Source: Kineococcus radiotolerans SRS30216 = ATCC BAA-149
GTDB lineage: Bacteria; Actinomycetota; Actinomycetes; Actinomycetales; Kineococcaceae
Assembly: GCF_000017305.1 (NCBI RefSeq)
Contig: NC_009664.2
Coordinates: 1,350,001 to 1,382,000, forward strand
DNA length: 32,000 nt
Direction of reading: 5' to 3'
Position 1 is the stretch's first letter. Each line of letters begins with the position of its first letter. Positions 13,662-23,771 of this stretch are shown one piece after another. The translations under genes and the position numbers were made by a program. Under the pieces are notes generated by a model. That model was not told the DNA's origin. It saw nothing but the letters and a program-made list of their open reading frames with translations, and made no database searches.

Positions 13662-14756
13662 GTGACCCCGTCCACCGCCCCGAGCACCCCGGTCCCCGGC
13701 CTGCCCACCGACCAGGACCTGGGGGCCGCCGCCCGCCGCGGCGACCCCCTCGCCGACGCCGTCGCCGACCTGCTCGCGGAGGACCCCGCGGGCCGGCGGC
13801 GCCTGGACGCGGCCCTGCGCCACGGCTCGGCCACCGCCACCGACGCCGCGGTGCGCGATCTCGTGGCCGACCTCGAACGGGTCTGCGCCGCCGCCGACGA
13901 CGACGTCCTGGACCGGGACTCCGAGCCCACCTTCACCGTGCCGATGGCGGTGCACGTCTTCGACGTGGGGGCGGGCGCCCTCATCAGCTCCTACCGGCCG
14001 CCGGGCCCGGCGACGGTGCTGGTCGGCACCGGGCAGCTGGTCGGCAACGCGCACGGCCGGGTGTTCGACACCGCCCGCTGGCTCACCGCGGCGTCGCTGC
14101 CCGGCGGCACCCGCCCCGGGGCACAGGGGTTCGTCACCACCGGTCACGTGCGGGTCGGGCACGCCGTCGCGCGGCGCGGGGCGGCCCGGTCCGCGCCCCC
14201 CGCCGACGGGACGACCCCGATCAGCCAGTTCGACCAGGTGCGCACCTGGCTGGACTTCACCTACGTCGCCCCGCGGTCGGCCGCGGTCCTGGGCAGCGGG
14301 CTGACCCCCGAGGAGTACGCGCGGTTCCTGCGGTTCTGGCGCCACCTCGGCGCCCTGCTCGGGGTGGAGCCCGAGCTGATCGCGGGCGTGGTCGACCTGG
14401 GGACGGCGGCGGCCCTGCACGCCCGGGTCGACGCCCTCACCGGCCCCCCGAACCAGGACTCGCGGACCCTGACCGGCGCCGGGCTGGAGGTGCTGGCCCA
14501 GGGGCTCACCGACCTGACCCGCGTGCCGCGGGCGGTGGCCGTCCCGCTCGTGGAGACGGTCTCGCGGGCCATGCAGGGCGGGGAGCTGGCCGACGCGCTC
14601 GGCATCCCGCGCCACCCGCTGCTGGAGCGGGCGGTCCCCGCGGTGGCGGCGGTGCGGGCCGCGCGCCGCCGGCGGCTGCGGCGGGACCCGGTGGCGTGGC
14701 GGGCGGCGATCGCGCGCAACACCGCCGCGAACCGGGAGTTCCTGGCCGCGCCGTGA
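13662..14756 (+). CDS. Hypothetical protein, tentatively DUF2236/MpaB-like oxygenase family
   Basis: 364-aa ORF with high GC3. The N-terminal 'GDPLADAVADLL', the central 'GHVRVGHAVARR' and the helical C-terminal half resemble my recollection of MpaB-family proteins. No strong SD; the start is uncertain. Confidence 0.5.
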   Translation: MTPSTAPSTPVPGLPTDQDLGAAARRGDPLADAVADLLAEDPAGRRRLDAALRHGSATATDAAVRDLVADLERVCAAADDDVLDRDSEPTFTVPMAVHVFDVGAGALISSYRPPGPATVLVGTGQLVGNAHGRVFDTARWLTAASLPGGTRPGAQGFVTTGHVRVGHAVARRGAARSAPPADGTTPISQFDQVRTWLDFTYVAPRSAAVLGSGLTPEEYARFLRFWRHLGALLGVEPELIAGVVDLGTAAALHARVDALTGPPNQDSRTLTGAGLEVLAQGLTDLTRVPRAVAVPLVETVSRAMQGGELADALGIPRHPLLERAVPAVAAVRAARRRRLRRDPVAWRAAIARNTAANREFLAAP

Positions 14757-14820
14757 CCCGGCGGGAAGACGCGCGTCCCCCGCGGGGTTCCCGCCGGGGA
14801 CGCCGAGCGCAGGAGGAACC

Positions 14821-15111
14821 GTGAGCACCGCCGACGACCTGGTCGTGACCCACGACGAAGCGGCCCACCGCTGGGAGGGCCGGCTGGACGGGGAGGTCGT
14901 GGCCCTGGCCGACTACGTGCCGCAGGGGTCCTCGATCGCGATGGTCCACACCGAGGTCGACCCCGCCCACGAGCACGAGGGGCTGGCCACGAAGGTCGTC
15001 GAGGCCGCGCTGGCCGACGTCCGGGCCCGGGGGCTGCGCGTCGTGCCCGCGTGCTCCTTCGTCCGGCTGCACGTGCGGCGGCACGCCGAGGAGTACGCCG
15101 ACATCCTCTGA
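14821..15111 (+). CDS. Small GNAT-like N-acetyltransferase (YjdJ-type, about 96 aa)
   Basis: SD AGGAGGAA at 14811-14818 and GTG at 14821. The pattern 'VALADYV..GSSIAMVHTEVDPAHEHEGLATKVVEAALADVRARGLRVVPACSFV..HV' is that of the single-domain GNAT family. Confidence 0.75.
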   Translation: MSTADDLVVTHDEAAHRWEGRLDGEVVALADYVPQGSSIAMVHTEVDPAHEHEGLATKVVEAALADVRARGLRVVPACSFVRLHVRRHAEEYADIL

Positions 15112-15129
15112 GGGCGCCCGCCCGGCAGG

Positions 15130-16215
15130 ATGTCGCCCGTGACCAACGACGCGCCCCGCCGACGCGCCCGCCGGGCCCGCTCCGACGGGCCGGTGACCCT
15201 CGACGACGTCGCCCGCGAGGCGGGGGTGTCGCTGGCGACGGCCTCGCGGGTGCTCAACGGCAGCTCGCGGGTCGTGGGCGAGGCGCTGCGCGAGCGCGTG
15301 CACGCCGCGGCGGCGCAGCTGGACTACAGCGCCAACGCCCAGGCGCAGGCCATGGCCCGCGGCCGGTCCGGCGTGGTCGGGCTCGTCGTCCACGACATCG
15401 CCGACCCGTACTTCTCCTCCCTCGCCGCGGGGGTGATGACCCGGGCCGAGGCCGCGGACGTCGTCGTCACCCTCGCCGTCACCGGAGGGGACCCCGCGCG
15501 CGAGGTCCAGCAGGTCGCGGCGCTGCGGCGGCAGCGGGCGCGCGCGGTCCTGCTGGCCGGTTCCCGCTGGGCGGACCCGGCGGCCACGCAGCTCCTGCGC
15601 ACCGAGCTGGACGCCTTCCGCGCCGGCGGGGGCCTGGTCGCGGCGGCCACCCAGGACGTCCTGGGCGTCGACACCGTCCTCGTCGACAACCGCGACGGCG
15701 CGCGGCGGCTGGCCGAGGCGACCGTCGGGATCGGCTACCGGGAGTTCGTGCTCCTGACCGGTCCCGAGGACCTCGTCACGGCCCGCGAGCGCACGGCGGG
15801 GTTCCTCGCCGGGCTGGCCGCGCACGGGATCGAGCCCCTGGCCCGCCTCGGCGGCCCGTTCACCCGCGACGGGGCCCACGAGAGCGCGACGCGGTTCCTG
15901 GCCCGCGGCCCGCTGCCGCGGGTGGGGGGCCGGCTCCCGCTGCTGGTGGCGGCCAACGACGTGATGGCCGTGGGAGTCGTGGCCGCCGCCCGCGACGCGG
16001 GGCTCGACGTCCCGGGCGACCTGGCCGTGTGCGGGTTCGACGACATCCCCACCCTGCGCGACGTCGCGCCCGCCCTCACGACGGTGCGCCTGCCGCTGCA
16101 GGGCATCGGGGCGGCCCTGTTCGACCTCGTCGACTCCGCCGCGGACGGCGCGCCGCGGCGCGAGCACGTGGCGGGCGAGGTGCTGCTGCGGGCGAGCACC
16201 CCGCCGCAGTCCTGA
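15130..16215 (+). CDS. LacI-family transcriptional regulator
   Basis: 361 aa. The HTH is 'VTLDDVAREAGVSLATASRVLNGSSRV', followed by a periplasmic-binding-protein-like effector domain ('VVGLVVHDIADPYFSS', 'VANDVMAVGVV', 'DLAVCGFDD'). Confidence 0.9.
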   Translation: MSPVTNDAPRRRARRARSDGPVTLDDVAREAGVSLATASRVLNGSSRVVGEALRERVHAAAAQLDYSANAQAQAMARGRSGVVGLVVHDIADPYFSSLAAGVMTRAEAADVVVTLAVTGGDPAREVQQVAALRRQRARAVLLAGSRWADPAATQLLRTELDAFRAGGGLVAAATQDVLGVDTVLVDNRDGARRLAEATVGIGYREFVLLTGPEDLVTARERTAGFLAGLAAHGIEPLARLGGPFTRDGAHESATRFLARGPLPRVGGRLPLLVAANDVMAVGVVAAARDAGLDVPGDLAVCGFDDIPTLRDVAPALTTVRLPLQGIGAALFDLVDSAADGAPRREHVAGEVLLRASTPPQS

Positions 16216-16248
16216 CCCGCTCGCGCGGGCGGTCCGGGGGCGGGGCGG

Positions 16249-18261
16249 TCAGCTCAGCCGGCTGAGGGGCGGACCGGACAGCGGGCGCCAGTCCGGCTGC
16301 CCCCCGCCCAGGACCATGAGGGCCGCGGCGAAGGCCACGAGCAGCAGCAGGCCGATGACGACCCCCGTCTCGCGGTCCCCGCGCAGGGTGCTGCGGACGG
16401 TGGTGCGGGTCCCGCGCTGCAGCGACCGGCCCCCGGGGCCGTGCCAGGCGACGAGGGTCCCCGCGAGCCCGCCGAGGGCGAGCGTCCACGGGCTCTCGTA
16501 GCCGAGGGAGGCGCTGCGCCCGAACGTGCCCGTGATGAAGACGACGCTGATCCCGACCAGCAGCGGGATGATCGCCGAGACCGCCGTGGCGACCGCGGCG
16601 CGCACCGCGTGCCACGGGGTGGCCGCCCCCACGGCGAGGACGTCGGTCGAGCGGGGGCCGGCCTCCCAGCGGCGGCGGAACAACCCGGCCGCGGCGCGGT
16701 CGACGGTGCGGGCGAGGGTGCCGCCGGCGAGGGCGAGGAGGAGACCGGTGGTGGGGGCGACGGCGTAGACCCCCACCAGCGCGAGGAGGGCGGCGAGGAT
16801 CGTCCAGGACCGCTGGGGACGCGCGGGCAGGCCGTCGCTCCCCGTCGCCGGGGACCGCCCGGCGGGGTGGGAGCCGGGGTGCGGGGCCGGGGGCTGGGCG
16901 GGGTGCGCCGGGCCGGGGCCGGGGACGTTCGGGATCCAGCCCGGGGGCGCCTGCTGGGCCGGGGGCCGCGCGGGCTGGGGCGCGGCCGGCGGCCAGGCGG
17001 CGGGCGCGGTGGGCGGTGCGGCCGGCTGGGCGGGCAGGACGGTCGTCGACTCCGCCGGCGCCTCGGGCCGCGGGCCGCGGGCCTCGACGCGGGGCAGCTG
17101 GGCGGTCTCGTCGGCGATGAGGGACTCGAACCGCGACCGGGGCCCGGCCGGCGGGGCGGGGTGCGGGCCGGGGTGCGAGCCGGGCGGCGGGCTGGGCACG
17201 GCGGTCGTGCGGTCGGTGGGGCCGGCGTGGACCTGCGGCCCGGTGGTGGCGCCGTCGAGGGCCCGCAGCAGCGCGTCCGGGTGCGGGCGGTGCGCGGGGT
17301 TGACGGCGAGCGCCGCGAGGATCGGCCCGCGCAGGTCGGCGGGGACGGCGGAGACGTCGACGTCGGCGCGGCGGACGCGGTCGAGGACGACCTCCATGGG
17401 GCCGGACCCGTAGGGCGGGCGGCCGCTGGCGGCGTAGGCGACCGTCGCGGCCCAGCCCCACCAGTCGGTGGCCGGGGAGACGAGCCCGCCGGCGACGACC
17501 TCGGGCGAGAGGTAGCCGGGGGTGCCCATGACCAGGCCGGTGGAGGTGAGGCGGACGTCGTCGGCGACGTGGGCGATGCCGAAGTCGATGACCACGGGCA
17601 GGCCGTCGAGGAGGAGGACGTTGCTGGGCTTGAGGTCGCGGTGCACGACGCCGGCGGCGTGGATGGCGTGCAGGGCCTCGGCCAGCCCGTGGCCGAGGTC
17701 GCGCAGCGTGCTGCCGCGCAGCGGGCCGCGGGTCTGGACGACGTGCTCCAGGGAGGGGCCGGGGACGTAGCGGGTGACCAGGTGCGGCCACGGCCCGTCC
17801 ACGTCGGCGGCGAGCACCTCCGCCACGCGCGGGGAGCGGACGCGCTCGAGGGTCGCGACCTCGCGGGCCAGGCGCTGGCGGGCCTGCGGGTCGGCGGCGA
17901 TGTGCGGCTTGAGCACCTTGAGCGCGACGGCGCGGTGGTCGTCGTCGAGGCCGAGGTAGACGATGCCCATGCCGCCCTGGCCGACCTCGCGGTCGAGGCG
18001 GTAGGGGCCGAGGCGGTCCCCGGGCGAGGGCGCGTAGGCGGGCGGGCGCCACGTCACCTGCGGCGTGGGCTGCTCCTGCTCCCCCGTCCCGGTCCGCACG
18101 GCGCGGGTGCGCTCGTCGCCGGTGGACTGCGGGTAGGGGGTGACCACGGCCCCACGGTACGGCAGGGACGGGCCGTGACCAGGGCGCGCACGGGTCCTCC
18201 ACACAGTGGCCACCGGGGGACGACGGGGTGGCCCGGGTGGCCCGGGACGGGCCGGCCCCAA
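16249..18261 (-). CDS. Hanks-type Ser/Thr protein kinase with a Pro-rich linker and a polytopic membrane C-terminus
   Basis: Kinase motifs: 'GQGGMGIVY', 'VALKVL', 'HRDLKPSNVLL', 'VIDFGIA' and 'GTPGYLSPE'. These are followed by about 150 aa rich in Pro/Ala and about four predicted TM segments ('WTILAALLALVGVYAV', 'AIIPLLVGISVVFITG', 'VVIGLLLLVAFAAALMVLG'). The longest-ORF start is used; the true start may be an internal GTG around 18150-18200. Confidence 0.85.
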   Translation of the reverse strand: MGPARPGPPGPPRRPPVATVWRTRARPGHGPSLPYRGAVVTPYPQSTGDERTRAVRTGTGEQEQPTPQVTWRPPAYAPSPGDRLGPYRLDREVGQGGMGIVYLGLDDDHRAVALKVLKPHIAADPQARQRLAREVATLERVRSPRVAEVLAADVDGPWPHLVTRYVPGPSLEHVVQTRGPLRGSTLRDLGHGLAEALHAIHAAGVVHRDLKPSNVLLLDGLPVVIDFGIAHVADDVRLTSTGLVMGTPGYLSPEVVAGGLVSPATDWWGWAATVAYAASGRPPYGSGPMEVVLDRVRRADVDVSAVPADLRGPILAALAVNPAHRPHPDALLRALDGATTGPQVHAGPTDRTTAVPSPPPGSHPGPHPAPPAGPRSRFESLIADETAQLPRVEARGPRPEAPAESTTVLPAQPAAPPTAPAAWPPAAPQPARPPAQQAPPGWIPNVPGPGPAHPAQPPAPHPGSHPAGRSPATGSDGLPARPQRSWTILAALLALVGVYAVAPTTGLLLALAGGTLARTVDRAAAGLFRRRWEAGPRSTDVLAVGAATPWHAVRAAVATAVSAIIPLLVGISVVFITGTFGRSASLGYESPWTLALGGLAGTLVAWHGPGGRSLQRGTRTTVRSTLRGDRETGVVIGLLLLVAFAAALMVLGGGQPDWRPLSGPPLSRLS

Positions 18262-18353
18262 CCCCGCGACGGCCCCGCGACGATCACGGCGGGTGGTCCG
18301 CGGCGGTGCCCGGTAGGGTCGCCCGCGAAGCTACCCCCTAGGAGGATCCCCCC

Positions 18354-19805
18354 ATGGCCGGCGACTACGACCTGGTGGTGGTGGCCAACCGGCTCCCCGT
18401 CGACCGCGTGGAAGAACCCGACGGGTCGACGTCGTGGCGCCGCAGCCCGGGCGGGCTGGTCACCGCCCTGGAACCCGTGATGCAGCGCGAGGACGGGGCC
18501 TGGGTGGGGTGGGCGGGCACGCCCGGCGACCCCCCGGAGCCCTTCGACGCCGAGGGCGTGCGGTGCGTGCCGGTCGGCCTGTCGGAGCAGGAGGTGGAGG
18601 ACTACTACGAGGGGTTCTCCAACGGCACGCTGTGGCCGCTCTACCACGACGTCATCGTCGCCCCCGGCTACCACCGCAGCTGGTGGGAGGCCTACGTCCG
18701 GGTCAACGAGCGGTTCGCCGAGGCCGCGGCGGAGCAGGCGACCGAGGGCGCGACGGTCTGGGTGCAGGACTACCAGCTGCAGCTGGTCCCGCGGATGCTG
18801 CGCCGGCGCCGCCCGGACCTCTCGATCGGCTTCTTCAACCACATCCCGTTCCCGCCGTTCGAGATCTTCGCCCAGCTGCCGTGGCGCAAGGCCGTCATCG
18901 ACGGGCTGCTGGGGGCGGACCTCATCGGCTTCCAGCGGGCCGCGGACGCCAACAACTTCACCCGCGCCTGCCGCCGCGCCTCGAACCTGCCCGCGCGCTC
19001 GGGCCGCATCCGGCTGGACGCCGAGGGCGGGCGGGAGGTCCGGGCGGCGTCGTTCCCCATCTCCATCGACTTCGCCGCCCTGGACGAGCTCGCCGAGCGC
19101 GAGGACGTGAAGGCGCGGGCGGCGGAGATCCGCCGCGACCTGGGCAACCCCGAGCACGTCCTGCTGGGGGTGGACCGCCTCGACTACACCAAGGGGATCC
19201 TGCACCGGCTGAAGGCCTTCGAGGAGCTGCTGGACGACGGGGGCGTGAAGGTCGAGGAGGCCTCGCTGATCCAGGTCGCCACCCCCAGCCGGGAACGGGT
19301 CGAGCAGTACGTCCAGCTCCGCCAGGACGTCGAGGTCACCGTCGGGCGCATCAACGGCACCCACGGCACCATCAAGAACACCGCCGTCCACTACCTGCAC
19401 CACTCCTACGGGCGCGAGGAGATGGCGGCGCTGTTCCTGGCCGCGGACGTCATGCTCGTGACGGCGCTGCGCGACGGCATGAACCTCGTCGCCAAGGAGT
19501 ACGTCGCCTCCCGCCACGACGAGCGCGGGGTGCTGGTGCTCAGCGAGTTCACCGGCGCCGCGGACGAGCTCGGCCAGGCGCTCATGATCAACCCGCACGA
19601 CATCGACGGCCTCAAGGACGCGATCCTGCGCGCGCTGCGGATGTCCCCGCGCGAGGCCGGGCGGCGGATGCGCTCGCTGCGGCGGCGCGTGGGCGACCAC
19701 GACGTGCAGCGGTGGGCGGCCTCGTTCCTGCAGGCGCTGGCCGACCACCACACCACCGAGGCCGCCGTCTCGGTGGCCGCGGCGGCGGAGCGGGGCTCGT
19801 CGTGA
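18354..19805 (+). CDS. otsA: Alpha,alpha-trehalose-phosphate synthase (GT20)
   Basis: 483 aa with SD AGGAGGA at 18340-18346. Motifs: 'LVVVANRLP', 'SPGGLVTAL', '[12 protein letters not shown]', 'FFNHIPFP', 'RLDYTKG' and '[11 protein letters not shown]'. Confidence 0.93.
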   Translation: MAGDYDLVVVANRLPVDRVEEPDGSTSWRRSPGGLVTALEPVMQREDGAWVGWAGTPGDPPEPFDAEGVRCVPVGLSEQEVEDYYEGFSNGTLWPLYHDVIVAPGYHRSWWEAYVRVNERFAEAAAEQATEGATVWVQDYQLQLVPRMLRRRRPDLSIGFFNHIPFPPFEIFAQLPWRKAVIDGLLGADLIGFQRAADANNFTRACRRASNLPARSGRIRLDAEGGREVRAASFPISIDFAALDELAEREDVKARAAEIRRDLGNPEHVLLGVDRLDYTKGILHRLKAFEELLDDGGVKVEEASLIQVATPSRERVEQYVQLRQDVEVTVGRINGTHGTIKNTAVHYLHHSYGREEMAALFLAADVMLVTALRDGMNLVAKEYVASRHDERGVLVLSEFTGAADELGQALMINPHDIDGLKDAILRALRMSPREAGRRMRSLRRRVGDHDVQRWAASFLQALADHHTTEAAVSVAAAAERGSS

Positions 19806-20581
19806 GCCTCGACGCCGGCGTGGCGGCGGCGCTGCGGGGGTTCGCGGCCCGCGGGCGGGTGCTGGTCGCCCTCGACTTCGACGGGGTGCTGTCCCCCCTG
19901 GTCGACGAGCCGTCGGCGGCCCGGCCGCTGCCGGAGGCGGTGGCGGCCCTGGAGCGCCTCGTCGCCACGACCGACGTGGCCCTCGTCTCCGGGCGCGACC
20001 TGGACGACCTGCGGGCGTGCGCGGCCCCGCCGGCGGGCGTCGTGCTGGTCGGCGGGCACGGGACGCAGAGCTCCCTGGAGGGCGCCGCGGGCGGGCAGAC
20101 GCTCAGCGCGGCGGAGGCGGCGCTGCTGGAGCGCCTGGGCGCCGCCCTGGACGGCATCGCCGCGGGCCGCGCGGGGGTCCACGTGGAGCGCAAGCCCATG
20201 TCGGCGGTCCTGCACACCCGGCGGGCCTCGCGCCCGGACGCCGAGGCGGCGACGGCGCAGGCGCTGGCCGGGCCGGCGACGTGGGAGGGCGTGCACCCGC
20301 TGCGCGGCAAGGAGGTCGTCGAGCTCGGCGTGGTGCAGCTGGGCAAGGGGGCGGGGCTGCTGCGGCTGCGCGAGCGGCTGTCCGCGCAGGGTCCCCCCGT
20401 GGCGGCGGTCCTCTTCGCCGGCGACGACGTGACCGACGAGAACGCCTTCGCCGCGCTCTCCCCCGCCGACGGCGACGTCACCGTGAAGGTCGGGGAGGGC
20501 CCGACCGCGGCGTCGCTGCGGGTGGGCTCCCCCGTCGAGGTGGCGCAGCTGCTGCACGCGCTGGCCGACCTGCGCGGCTGA
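19802..20581 (+). CDS. otsB: Trehalose-phosphate phosphatase (HAD family)
   Basis: 259 aa. Its GTG overlaps the otsA stop (GTGA at 19802-19805). HAD motif I is 'LDFDGVLSP'; other motifs are 'VSGR', 'KGAGL' and '[11 protein letters not shown]'. Confidence 0.88.
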   Translation: MSLDAGVAAALRGFAARGRVLVALDFDGVLSPLVDEPSAARPLPEAVAALERLVATTDVALVSGRDLDDLRACAAPPAGVVLVGGHGTQSSLEGAAGGQTLSAAEAALLERLGAALDGIAAGRAGVHVERKPMSAVLHTRRASRPDAEAATAQALAGPATWEGVHPLRGKEVVELGVVQLGKGAGLLRLRERLSAQGPPVAAVLFAGDDVTDENAFAALSPADGDVTVKVGEGPTAASLRVGSPVEVAQLLHALADLRG

Positions 20582-20594
20582 GGCGCCGCGGTCC

Positions 20595-21779
20595 TCAGCG
20601 GACGGTCGTCGCCGCGCGCTCGCGCTGGCGCCGCACGTAGGCCCGCGCCCACGGGTCGGCGAAGCGGGCCAGCACCGGCCCGAGGACGGCCATCGCCAGG
20701 ACGTACGCGGCGGCGAGGGCGGCGAGCTGGGGGTCCACCCCGGCGGCGGTGGCGAGCCCGGCGATGACGATGGAGAACTCCCCGCGCGGGATGAGCGCGG
20801 CCCCGGCGCGGATGCGGCCCGGGACGGCGATGCCGGCGCGCTTCGCCGCGACCCACCCGGTGACGAGCTTGGTCAGGACGCCGACGACGACGAGCCCGAG
20901 GGCCGGCAGCAGGACCGGGGGCAGGCTGCTGGGGTCGGTGGAGAGGCCGAAGGAGACGAAGAACACGGCGGCGAAGAGGTCGCGCAGCGGTTCGAGCCGG
21001 TGGTGGGTCTCCTCCTCCAGGTCGTTGGAGAGGCTGATGCCGAGGAGGAAGGCGCCGACCGCGGCGGAGACGTGCAGCTGCTCGGCGACGCCGGCGACCA
21101 GCAGCGCGAGGCCGAGGACGCGCAGCAGGGTCACCTCCCCGGAGCCCCCGGAGACGAACTTCGAGATGACCGACCCCCAGCGCAGCGCCACCACGAGGGC
21201 GACGGCGAGGCAGGCGAGGGCGATGAGGACCGAGCCGGTCGCCTCCCACACCCCGGAGGCGGCGAGGACGGCGGTGAGGATCGGCAGGTAGACGGCCATC
21301 CCGAGGTCCTCCAGGACCAGGATGCCGAGGATGGAGGGGGTCTCCCGGTTGCCGAGGCGGCCGAGGTCGGCGAGGACCTTGGCGACGATGCCGGAGGAGC
21401 TGACGGCGGTGATGCCGAACATGGCCAGCGCCCCGACGGGGCCGAAGCCCAGCAGCAGCCCGAACGCCGCGCCGGGCAGCCCGTTGAGGAGGAGGTCCAG
21501 GACGCCGACGGGGGCCTGCCGGCGCAGGTTGCCCAGCAGGTCACCGGCGGAGTACTCCAGCCCCAGCAGCAGCAGGAGCATGACGACGCCGATCTGCGAC
21601 GCCGCTTCGAGGAAGGCGTCGGGGGCGTTCAGCGGGACGACGCCGCCGGCCCCGAAGGCGAGGCCGGCGAGCAGGTAGAGCGGGACCGGGGAGATCCCCA
21701 GCCGTCCGGCGAGGCGACCGACGAGACCGAGCCCGAAGATGACCGCGCCGAGCTCGATGAGCAGAGCAGCGGTGTGCAC
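20595..21779 (-). CDS. Cation:proton antiporter, CPA2/Kef-KhtU-like membrane subunit
   Basis: 394 aa and polytopic. 'LIELGAVIFGLGLVGRLAGRLGISPVPLYLLAGLAFG' and 'IGVVMLLLLLGLEYS' are typical of the Na+/H+ exchanger family. Confidence 0.85.
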   Translation of the reverse strand: MHTAALLIELGAVIFGLGLVGRLAGRLGISPVPLYLLAGLAFGAGGVVPLNAPDAFLEAASQIGVVMLLLLLGLEYSAGDLLGNLRRQAPVGVLDLLLNGLPGAAFGLLLGFGPVGALAMFGITAVSSSGIVAKVLADLGRLGNRETPSILGILVLEDLGMAVYLPILTAVLAASGVWEATGSVLIALACLAVALVVALRWGSVISKFVSGGSGEVTLLRVLGLALLVAGVAEQLHVSAAVGAFLLGISLSNDLEEETHHRLEPLRDLFAAVFFVSFGLSTDPSSLPPVLLPALGLVVVGVLTKLVTGWVAAKRAGIAVPGRIRAGAALIPRGEFSIVIAGLATAAGVDPQLAALAAAYVLAMAVLGPVLARFADPWARAYVRRQRERAATTVR

Positions 21780-21822
21780 CTGTCGAGTTCCGTCCTCTCA
21801 GTCCGTGGGGCGACCGCGCCGG

Positions 21823-22305
21823 TCAGCCGTGCTGCAGCAGCTCGGCGGTGGCGCGCACGCCCTCCTGCGTCCCCACGACCACGATCTTGTCACCGGAGCG
21901 GAAGGCCTGGGACGGCGCGGGCGAGGGGGTCACCTCCCCGTTGCGCACGAGGGCGACGACGGAGGCGCCGGTGCGGCTGCGGATGGCCGCGTCGGCGAGG
22001 GTCTTCCCGACGTAGGGCGAGCCGGCCTCGAGGTAGATGCCCTCGGTGGCCAGGCCCTCGATCTGCTCGCGCAGCCGGGCGAGGCGCTCGATGACCCGCG
22101 GCTGGCCCAGCAGCTCGGCCAGGACCTCGGCCTCGTCGCCGTCGAGGTCCACGACGGCGTGGCACGCGTCGGGGTCGTCCTGGGAGTAGACGAGCAGCTC
22201 GCGCTCACCGCCGCGCGTGGAGATCACGCCGATGCGGCGACCGCGCGCGGTGGTGAAGTCGTGCCGCAGGCCGACGCCCGGCAGCTTGGTCTCTTCCAGG
22301 TCCAC
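21823..22305 (-). CDS. Antiporter regulatory subunit with a TrkA-C domain (KhtT-like)
   Basis: 160 aa. GTG at 22305 with GGAGGA 9 nt upstream. The N-terminus 'VDLEETKLPGVGLRHDFTT..GRRIGVI' resembles the KhtT N-domain. The C-terminal 'GKTLADAAIRSRTGASVVALVRNGEVTPSP..FRSGDKIVVVG' is a TrkA-C (RCK_C) domain. The 5' part of track ORF 21823..23634 is an artefact. Confidence 0.8.
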   Translation of the reverse strand: MDLEETKLPGVGLRHDFTTARGRRIGVISTRGGERELLVYSQDDPDACHAVVDLDGDEAEVLAELLGQPRVIERLARLREQIEGLATEGIYLEAGSPYVGKTLADAAIRSRTGASVVALVRNGEVTPSPAPSQAFRSGDKIVVVGTQEGVRATAELLQHG

Positions 22306-22584
22306 GGTCCCAGTGTCCTCCACGAGTGCGGGAGCCGACGACCAGGGCGCCGGCTGTCCCCCGGACGCCACGTCGTCGCGACGTCCCGAGGGGTTCAACG
22401 CGCAGTGACGTCGAGAACATCCCGCGCGCGGCCCTTGCCCCCGCTCCGTTCGTCGTGCATGATCCGAGCACCGCAGCGTCGCGACCGTCCCACCAGGGCC
22501 CGGCAGCGACGCCGAGGACAACTGAAGACCCCATTCCACAACGGATCGTCCGGCACGTACCTGCCGGTGGAAGGACACACGACG

Positions 22585-23661
<1,077 letters not shown>

Positions 23662-23678
23662 CGTCCTGATCGACGGCG

Positions 23679-23711
23679 GGGGCCGTCACTCCCGAGCGGA
23701 GTGGCGGCCCC
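23679..23711 (+). terminator. Hairpin terminator downstream of the msiK-like gene
   Basis: GGGGCCGTCACTCC-CGAGC-GGAGTGGCGGCCCC forms a 14-bp stem (one G-U pair) with a 5-nt loop, starting 18 nt after the stop. There is no U-tract, as is common in high-GC actinobacteria. Confidence 0.6.
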
Positions 23712-23771
23712 TCGTCACGTCCGGGGGTGCTGACGCCCCGGACCGGTCCCGGTGTTGAGAGGATGGGGTTC

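Noticed and set aside
14506-21249. A series of long alternative-frame or antisense ORFs (14506..16167 -, 15051..16265 +, 16076..18202 -, 16441..18480 +, 18054..19751 -, 18434..20581 + 5' part, 19612..21249 -, 21000..22094 +)
   Set aside because: All are Arg/Pro/Gly/Ala-rich with no family motifs. Each overlaps a frame that has unambiguous domain signatures (LacI, kinase, OtsA, OtsB, antiporter).
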